Assembly: GCA_001786765.1 (NCBI GenBank)
Contig: MFTH01000013.1
Span: 85,974 to 125,899, forward strand
Direction of reading: 5' to 3'
DNA length: 39,926 nucleotides
From: Candidatus Nomurabacteria bacterium RIFCSPHIGHO2_01_FULL_37_25
GTDB lineage: Bacteria; Patescibacteriota; Minisyncoccia; Phycocordibacterales; UBA9973
Below the pieces are notes generated by a model, which did not search any database, was not told the DNA's origin, and saw only the letters and a program-made list of their open reading frames with translations. Position numbers and translations under genes: made by a program. Below are positions 33,470 to 39,926 of the stretch, one piece after another; positions within the stretch are counted from its first letter, which is position 1; each line of letters begins with the position of its first letter.

Positions 33470-35608
33470 ATGCAAAAAAAAGAATATAGTGTGGAGATAG
33501 GCGGAAAAAATTTGACTGCTATTTTTACAGATTTAGCAGAGCAAGCTCATGGGTCAGTGATGTTAAAATATGGCGAGACTATAGTGCTCGCAACGGTTTG
33601 TATGTCAAAAGACAAACAAAATGGTCTAGGCTTTTTTAATTTAACAGTAGATTATGTAGAGAAATTTTATGCAACTGGAAAAATTCTAGGCTCTCGTTTT
33701 ATGAGAAGAGAAGGCAAGCCGTCAGAAGACGCGATACTCGCAAGTCGGGTGATTGACAGGACTCTTCGTCCGCTTTTTGACCAATCAATTCGTCATGCCG
33801 TGCAAGTTATCGTGACGGTTATTTCGGTTGACGATAATGACCCTGTTATTTTAGCAGTTAATGCTGCTTCGCTAGCTCTCGCAGTTTCAAATATTCCTTG
33901 GAACGGACCTATCGGTTGTGTGCGTATTGGTAAATATAATGATGAAAATTTAAAAATAAACCTTGCAAAACTACGTGACGAAGACTCTCTAAATGGGAAC
34001 CTTACAGGTGAAATGCAATATAAATTTGACCTGACCGTTTGTGGGAAAAATGGAAATATAAATATGATTGAAGCCTCTGCGCGCGAAGTTTCAGAAAAAG
34101 AACTGGAAAAAGCCTTAGAAGAGGCAAGTAAAGAAATAACCAAATTAGAAAATTTTCAAAAAAATATCGTAAAAGAAATCGGCAAAGAAAAAAGAGTTAT
34201 AGAAAAAGAAGAAATAGATTCTCAATCTGTAAAATTGTTTAATGAAAATATTTTGCCAAAGATGCCTCCTGCTATTTTTTCTGGAGCAGGGAAAGAAAAA
34301 ATAGATGAATTACACAATGTTTGGAATAAAATGGTTGCTGATAATTTTCCAGACAGGGAAGATTTTGCGCTAGAAGATAATTTATTTGATGACACAGAAA
34401 ACGATATCTTGCACCAAAAAGCGATTCAAGAAAATAAAAGAGCTGACGGCAGAGGGATGGATGAACTTCGTGATATTTATGCGCAAGCAGGAGGCGTCTC
34501 GGCAGTTTTACATGGTTCAGGAATTTTTTATCGTGGAGGAACACACGTCCTTTCAGTTCTTACACTGGGTGGTCCAGAAGATAGACATTCTATTGACGGC
34601 ATGCAGACAAAACTTGAAAAAAGATTTATGCATCATTACAATTTTCCACCTTATTCATCTGGAGAAACAGGACGAGCGGGATTTACAAATCGTCGAGAAG
34701 TTGGGCATGGCGCGTTAGCTGAAAAAGCGTTGGCTATGGTTTTACCACCTCTTTCCGAATTTCCATATACTATTCGTGTAGTTTCTGAATCAATGGCTTC
34801 AAATGGTTCTACTTCTCAAGCATCAATCTGCGCTTCCACTCTCGCGCTCATGGATGGTGGCGTGCCGATTTTAGCGCCTGTCGCAGGTATAGCTATGGGG
34901 CTTATGCATGAGACTGATGAAAAATATAAGATTTTAACTGACATTCAAGGACCAGAGGACCATCATGGAGATATGGATTTTAAGGTTGCTGGGACAAGGA
35001 AAGGTGTTACCGCTATACAATTAGACGTAAAAGTAGAAGGGGTGCCAATAAAAATATTAGGTGAAGCGATGGAGCAGGCAAAAAATGCCAGGATAATTAT
35101 TTTAGATAAAATTCAAAAAGAAATTAAGGCTCCACGCAAAGAGATATCTCCGAACGCTCCAAAGATACTTATTATTAAAATTAATACAGATATGATTGGC
35201 ATGGTTATAGGCGGTGGAGGCAAGACCATCAAGGAAATAAAAGAAAAAACTGGAGCGGAAATAACCATTGAGGATGATGGAACAGTTTATTTTACTGGCA
35301 AAGGCGATGGAGCAGAAAAAGCCAAGTCTATAGTTTTGGAAATGACGCATGAATATACAGTAGGAGAGGTCTTAAAAGGTGAGGTTGTAAAAATCGCTGA
35401 TTTTGGAGCTTTTGTCAAGTTGAATTCTTTTACCGATGGAATGGTGCATATCTCAGAGCTTGCGCCATTTCGCGTAGAGAGAGTTAGCGATATAATAAAG
35501 GAAGGTATGATTGTGCCAGTGAAAGTCATATCTATAGATAGAGAAAAAAGCAGGATTGGTCTGTCTATTCGTGAAGCTGATAAATATTTCTTCAATGGAT
35601 CCCGTTAG
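33470..35608 (+). CDS. pnp: Polyribonucleotide nucleotidyltransferase
   Basis: Two RNase PH domains (RREVGHGALAEKAL, SNGSTS, EDHHGDMDFKVAGT), a KH domain (IGGGGKTIK) and an S1 domain. Confidence 0.97.
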   Translation: MQKKEYSVEIGGKNLTAIFTDLAEQAHGSVMLKYGETIVLATVCMSKDKQNGLGFFNLTVDYVEKFYATGKILGSRFMRREGKPSEDAILASRVIDRTLRPLFDQSIRHAVQVIVTVISVDDNDPVILAVNAASLALAVSNIPWNGPIGCVRIGKYNDENLKINLAKLRDEDSLNGNLTGEMQYKFDLTVCGKNGNINMIEASAREVSEKELEKALEEASKEITKLENFQKNIVKEIGKEKRVIEKEEIDSQSVKLFNENILPKMPPAIFSGAGKEKIDELHNVWNKMVADNFPDREDFALEDNLFDDTENDILHQKAIQENKRADGRGMDELRDIYAQAGGVSAVLHGSGIFYRGGTHVLSVLTLGGPEDRHSIDGMQTKLEKRFMHHYNFPPYSSGETGRAGFTNRREVGHGALAEKALAMVLPPLSEFPYTIRVVSESMASNGSTSQASICASTLALMDGGVPILAPVAGIAMGLMHETDEKYKILTDIQGPEDHHGDMDFKVAGTRKGVTAIQLDVKVEGVPIKILGEAMEQAKNARIIILDKIQKEIKAPRKEISPNAPKILIIKINTDMIGMVIGGGGKTIKEIKEKTGAEITIEDDGTVYFTGKGDGAEKAKSIVLEMTHEYTVGEVLKGEVVKIADFGAFVKLNSFTDGMVHISELAPFRVERVSDIIKEGMIVPVKVISIDREKSRIGLSIREADKYFFNGSR

Positions 35609-35675
35609 AAATAGGAAGCTGGAGATTTCCGTCAAACTAACAGGGTTCTTGTATTAGTATTAATTTCTAACGGGA
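35600..35675. mobile_element. MITE-like element, copy 2 (76 bp)
   Basis: Perfect 13-bp terminal inverted repeat TCCCGTTAGAAAT/ATTTCTAACGGGA, flanked by TGGA (35596-35599, 35676-35679). Confidence 0.8.
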
Positions 35676-36598
35676 TGGAAAAAAATAGTGAAAAAATATT
35701 TGTTCGTAATGTTTCTCCAGTAGCCCGCAATAGATATGGTATTTCTGGCGAGCAAAGTGAAACAGACGGGAAAAATAAAATTATTGAAACTTATGCCGAA
35801 GATATGGCGAAGGTGCTTGAAGATGACAAAAGCGGGTTAATAAAAAAAATAATTCATGAAGAAGAAGAACACGAAATAGAGAAAAAGAATTTATCTCCCG
35901 AGTCAACAAAAAATAAACTTTTTATGCTGATAGGCGCATTATTTATTATATTTAGTTTTTCTACTTTGTTTTATCTTATATTTATGAGAGATGTCGCCAC
36001 TGTTTCTGTAGAAAAACAATTTAGGCCTCTGATTTTTCATGACACAAGTATTTTTATTGAAGTAAAAGATTTTAAAAAAGAAGAAATAGCTCAAGCCGTT
36101 TCAAATAAAGTAAATACAACGAAAGTTAAAAATAAAGGAGTAGAGGGGATTTATCTTACTTCTGATAAAAAAGTTATAGGCTTCACGAAGTTTATAGAAC
36201 TTATTAAAGGTAATTTTATTTTAAATGATATTGATCTCGTGGATGATAATTTTTTACTTGGTGTTGTAAATGGCGCAACGAAGGACTTTTTTATATTACT
36301 CAAGGCGCGCTCTATGGCTGATATTTTTGGCCCTTTGCGCGCTTGGGAAAACAAAATGTTTTTTGATTTCTATGGATTTTTTGGAAAAGAGATTTCCCCT
36401 GAAACAAAAGATCTCTTGACTGCAAATTTTGAAGACGGTGTTGTGGAAAATAAAAATGCGCGCATTCTTTACGATGAAGACAGAAAAATAGTAATGATGT
36501 ATATTTTTGCGAACGATACTTCGGTTATTATCACTAATACTGAAAATGCCGCGCAAGAGATAATGCTTCGTCTGGCTTCTAGCGGAGTAAAAAAATAA
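35675..36598 (+). CDS. Hypothetical single-TM protein
   Basis: 307-aa ORF with one hydrophobic helix (LFMLIGALFIIFSFSTLFYLIF). Confidence 0.75.
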   Translation: MEKNSEKIFVRNVSPVARNRYGISGEQSETDGKNKIIETYAEDMAKVLEDDKSGLIKKIIHEEEEHEIEKKNLSPESTKNKLFMLIGALFIIFSFSTLFYLIFMRDVATVSVEKQFRPLIFHDTSIFIEVKDFKKEEIAQAVSNKVNTTKVKNKGVEGIYLTSDKKVIGFTKFIELIKGNFILNDIDLVDDNFLLGVVNGATKDFFILLKARSMADIFGPLRAWENKMFFDFYGFFGKEISPETKDLLTANFEDGVVENKNARILYDEDRKIVMMYIFANDTSVIITNTENAAQEIMLRLASSGVKK

Positions 36599-36601
36599 AT
36601 A

Positions 36602-37666
36602 TTATTTTGTTTTCTTGATTTTTTCCCAAGGCAGATTTTCTTTGCCAAAATGACCATAAATGGCAGTTTGACTAAATATTGGATTGCGAAGTCCCAAGGT
36701 TTTAATAATTGCAAGGGGTTTAAAATCAAAATTCTTTCGAACAATTTTTGCCAAATCTTCGCCTTTTTCATTGATTGCTTCTATCATAAGCGGTTCTGCC
36801 ATGCCGATAGCGTAAGCGACAGATACAAGAACTTCTTTGCCATATCCGGAAGCCACCAAATTTTTAGCCACATATCGCGCCATATAAGCTCCAGAACGGT
36901 CCACTTTTGTCGCGTCTTTGCCAGAAAAACATCCTCCGCCGTGCGGAATTATTCCGCCATAAGTGTCTACCATTATTTTTCGTCCAGTCAGTCCAGTGTC
37001 AGCTTTGAAACCACCAGATACAAAATAGCCTGTCGGATTTATTAATATTTTTACTGACGCTCTTTCTTCTTTGGTAAGAAAAGGGAAGATAATTTTTTCT
37101 GTAATTTCTTTTTTTATTTCTTCTAATTTAACATCAGACGCATGTTGTGTGCTTATCAACACGGTCTCTAATTTTCCGTTAGTATAAGTGACTTGCGTTT
37201 TACCATCGGGACGAAGCCACTTAATTTCTTTATTTTTTCTTGCTTCTTCTAAACGTTTTGCTAATTTATGCGCCAGCACTACCCCTTTCGGCAAGAACTC
37301 TGGCGTCTCATCTGTGGCAAATCCGTACATTATTCCTTGATCGCCGGCTCCGCCAGTGTCTACTCCCATAGCTATATCCGGTGATTGAGTGACAATATGA
37401 GCGGATATATCTAGTTCGTCATCGTAGCCAATTTTTTTATAAACTTCGCGCGCAATTTTAATATAATCAATTTCTGCTTTTGAGGTTACTTCGCCGCCAA
37501 TGACAAGCTTGCCATGTCCGCCAAAAATTTCCACCGCTACCCGGCTTTCTGGGTCCTGTGTTAAGTATGCGTCTAAAATAGCGTCTGAAATTTGGTCACA
37601 AATTTTGTCCGGATGCCCGGAAGTCACGCTTTCAACTGTGTAATTGTTATTGTGTTTGTAGAACAT
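36602..37666 (-). CDS. metK: S-adenosylmethionine synthetase
   Basis: ESVTSGHPDKICDQISDA, GAGDQG, RPDGKTQV and GGGCFSGKDATKVDRSGAY motifs. Confidence 0.96.
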   Translation of the reverse strand: MFYKHNNNYTVESVTSGHPDKICDQISDAILDAYLTQDPESRVAVEIFGGHGKLVIGGEVTSKAEIDYIKIAREVYKKIGYDDELDISAHIVTQSPDIAMGVDTGGAGDQGIMYGFATDETPEFLPKGVVLAHKLAKRLEEARKNKEIKWLRPDGKTQVTYTNGKLETVLISTQHASDVKLEEIKKEITEKIIFPFLTKEERASVKILINPTGYFVSGGFKADTGLTGRKIMVDTYGGIIPHGGGCFSGKDATKVDRSGAYMARYVAKNLVASGYGKEVLVSVAYAIGMAEPLMIEAINEKGEDLAKIVRKNFDFKPLAIIKTLGLRNPIFSQTAIYGHFGKENLPWEKIKKTK

Positions 37667-37696
37667 AAATATACGAGCCTATTATACTATAAAGAT

Positions 37697-38218
37697 TTAA
37701 TATTTTTTAAATAAATTTTTAACTTTTGCTAATCGTTCTTTTGGCGAACCGACTATCTTAATAAATGGAATCTTGTGTTTTTCTAAAACATTTCTAATTC
37801 GCGTATCTACAGCTCGCTGGAATTTTATATCAGTTGTTCGCGCGCCATCATCTTCAATAGCAAATTGTCCACTGGGTAAATATAACACTAAATCATAATT
37901 ATAAAATCTTGGCACCAATGTTTTGGTGGCAAATTCAATCAGGGTTGATTCTTTGGAAAACAAATGGTGTATATAAGCGAGCAAATCTATACAGGATCGG
38001 TCAGCCACCCATTTTTCATTTCCATCTTCTAACTCAATTTGTTTCGCTATTAGCCAAAGCTCTGTTTCTGTTGTGGCCGTTTGGTCAATATTGTATCTCA
38101 CTTCTTTTGCTAGTCGCGCCGCTTCAGGTAAAATTTTGAAATCAGGATATTCTTTACTAATTTGATTGGCTAGAGTAGTTTTACCTACTCCTTGAGCCCC
38201 AATAATTGCAATTTTCAT
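37697..38218 (-). CDS. P-loop NTPase / nucleotide kinase-like (AAA_28, NadR-type)
   Basis: IAIIGAQGVGKTT, PEAAR, VADRS..D and YDLVLYL...IEDDG.R. Start set at MKIAII. Confidence 0.8.
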   Translation of the reverse strand: MKIAIIGAQGVGKTTLANQISKEYPDFKILPEAARLAKEVRYNIDQTATTETELWLIAKQIELEDGNEKWVADRSCIDLLAYIHHLFSKESTLIEFATKTLVPRFYNYDLVLYLPSGQFAIEDDGARTTDIKFQRAVDTRIRNVLEKHKIPFIKIVGSPKERLAKVKNLFKKY

Positions 38219-38229
38219 ATGTATATTTA

Positions 38230-39498
38230 TCAACGAGTTCCATCTCTCCATTCAGACATATATTTTTTTTGTCTTTTAGACAGGATATCAATCTTTGCGC
38301 CTAAACTTTTAAGTTTTAAAGTAGCGATTTTTCGGTCTAAAATTTCCGGTAAAATATGGACTGAGTTAGAGAGTTTATTTCTATTTTTAAGAATGAATTC
38401 CACAGCCAGAATTTGATTGGCAAAACTCATATCCATAACAGATGCAGGATGCCCTTCGGCGCTACTAAGGTTCACTAACCGTCCACCAGAGAGCACAAAT
38501 ACGGTTTTTTCATTTTTTCCATATTTTATTTTGTAACTTTCTACAAAATCACGCAGGACTTTTTTCGTTTTTGTAATTTTTTTAAGCGCGACTAGGTCAA
38601 TCTCAACATCAAAATGTCCGGAGTTTGAAATTATACATCCATTTTTAATGGTTTTGAATGTTTCCAGTCCAACAACATTTATATTGCCAGTAACTGTGCA
38701 AATAAAATCAGCAATTTGCCCAGCTTGCGCCATCGGCATAACACGAAATCCATCCATCAATGCTTCCAGCGCTTTTATTGAATCAATTTCTGTGACAATA
38801 ACATTTGCTCCCATTCCCCGCGCTCGCATTGCGAGTCCTTTTCCACACCATCCGTAACCAGCAACCACAAAAACAGAACCGGCTATTAATTTGTTAGTGG
38901 CGCGAATTATACCGTCTATCGTTGACTGTCCCGTGCCGTAGCGATTATCAAAAAAATGTTTAGTCATAGAATCATTCACCGCGATAATGGGAAAAAGCAA
39001 CACGCTTTCTTTCTCCATTGATTTTAAGCGAGAAACGCCAGTGGTAGTCTCTTCTGTACCGCCAATTATTTTTTTTGCCTGAACTTTTCGTGAAGAATGT
39101 AATTCTCCCACTAGATCCGCCCCGTCGTCCATCGTGATGGAGGGCTTCATATCAAGCACATTGCGCAAATGCGTAAAATATTCTTTTTTATTTTCACCCT
39201 TTTTAGCGAAAACGGGAATATTAAAATTTTTTACTAATGCCGCCGCGACATCATCTTGGGTGGAAAGCGGATTTGAAGCGCATAACGCGACATTCGCTCC
39301 GCCACCCTTGAGCGCAATTAGTAAGTTTGCCGTTTCGGCGGTGACATGAAGACAAGCTCCGATAGTGATATTTTTGAACGGCTTAGATTTTTTAAAATTA
39401 GAAGCTATACCAGCAAGTACGGGCATGTCCCTCTTAGCCCACTCTATTCTAGCCATTCCGGCTTTCGCCAGATTGATATCTTTAATAGCGTATTTCAT
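38230..39498 (-). CDS. ahcY: Adenosylhomocysteinase
   Basis: SNPLSTQD, DDGAD, TEETTTG, KHFFDNRYGTGQS, GYGWCGKG and GHPASVMDMSF motifs. Start set at MKYAIKD, 7 nt after TGcTATAAT. Confidence 0.96.
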   Translation of the reverse strand: MKYAIKDINLAKAGMARIEWAKRDMPVLAGIASNFKKSKPFKNITIGACLHVTAETANLLIALKGGGANVALCASNPLSTQDDVAAALVKNFNIPVFAKKGENKKEYFTHLRNVLDMKPSITMDDGADLVGELHSSRKVQAKKIIGGTEETTTGVSRLKSMEKESVLLFPIIAVNDSMTKHFFDNRYGTGQSTIDGIIRATNKLIAGSVFVVAGYGWCGKGLAMRARGMGANVIVTEIDSIKALEALMDGFRVMPMAQAGQIADFICTVTGNINVVGLETFKTIKNGCIISNSGHFDVEIDLVALKKITKTKKVLRDFVESYKIKYGKNEKTVFVLSGGRLVNLSSAEGHPASVMDMSFANQILAVEFILKNRNKLSNSVHILPEILDRKIATLKLKSLGAKIDILSKRQKKYMSEWRDGTR

Positions 39499-39623
39499 GG
39501 TGTTCATTATAGCATTTAATAAATTTCTTAAATCGGCATGGACAAGACTCAAGGTTGCCTTTATTTTTTTCTAGTATATACTTTCGTTGACTATCATTAT
39601 TACTTAATCAACTGACTAAACAT

Positions 39624-39926
39624 ATGCGGACATCTATTTTTAGTACGTTTTTTAAAGATATTCTAGCTTCTTCTCTAATTCTAGCTTTTTTCATAGTGCC
39701 ATTGACACCGGTCTTTGCGCAAGAGACAACAGCAGATCCTATTGTCTCCTTGTCTGAAACAACTTCTCCAGATACTGTTACCACACCAACTCCAAATATT
39801 CCAGACACATCAAGTGATTCTACTTTAGATGTAGATAACTTAAATACAAATGAGAATACAGTCTTACCAGAAGAAATATCACCAACAGCACCTAAAGAAG
39901 AACAGATGATGGAAATGTCGTCTTTT
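39624..39926 (+). CDS. N-terminus of a secreted protein, runs off the window
   Basis: Manual translation MRTSIFSTFFKDILASSLILAFFIVPLTPVFA|QETTADPIVSLSETTSPDTVTTPTP... stays open to the window end; signal peptide plus Thr/Pro/Ser-rich linker. Confidence 0.75.
   Translation, partial: MRTSIFSTFFKDILASSLILAFFIVPLTPVFAQETTADPIVSLSETTSPDTVTTPTPNIPDTSSDSTLDVDNLNTNENTVLPEEISPTAPKEEQMMEMSSF

Noticed and set aside
39608-39808. 66-aa minus-strand ORF
   Set aside because: It is antisense to a better plus-strand ORF with a signal peptide starting at 39624.
1-39926. Alternative genetic code (UGA=Gly)
   Set aside because: Conserved genes are full length under the standard code, and TGA terminates pcrA, yraN, xer and ahcY.

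Overview
AT-rich bacterial chromosome segment read with the standard genetic code. Gene content and style suggest Patescibacteria/CPR, probably Parcubacteria (inference). From left to right it holds: a T4SS-like membrane/surface cluster (PrgI-family, VirB6/TrbL-like, Ig-repeat and peptidoglycan-binding proteins); rsmA(ksgA)-pcrA; an ~10 kb block of mosaic charged proteins that includes an atypical protein kinase; a LysM/M23 peptidase; four tRNAs (Gly-TCC, Pro-TGG, Gly-GCC, Arg-TCG) around a parS/DnaA-box region that may be oriC; yraN, cca, a PLP enzyme, TMEM175, xth, a Xer recombinase, rpsO, NYN, pnp, metK and ahcY. The most striking signal is several families of small palindromic elements (about 25-135 bp) with no transposase in the window. 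Many sit in-frame in housekeeping genes (4 in pcrA, at least 5 in rsmA) or supply start/stop codons. One family is a covarying three-way-junction element with at least 5 copies. Another is a MITE-like element with 13-bp terminal inverted repeats and 4-bp target duplications at start codons. Many genes look leaderless (TGn-extended -10 box 6-8 nt before the start codon). All calls come from reading the sequence; no searches or folding programs were run.
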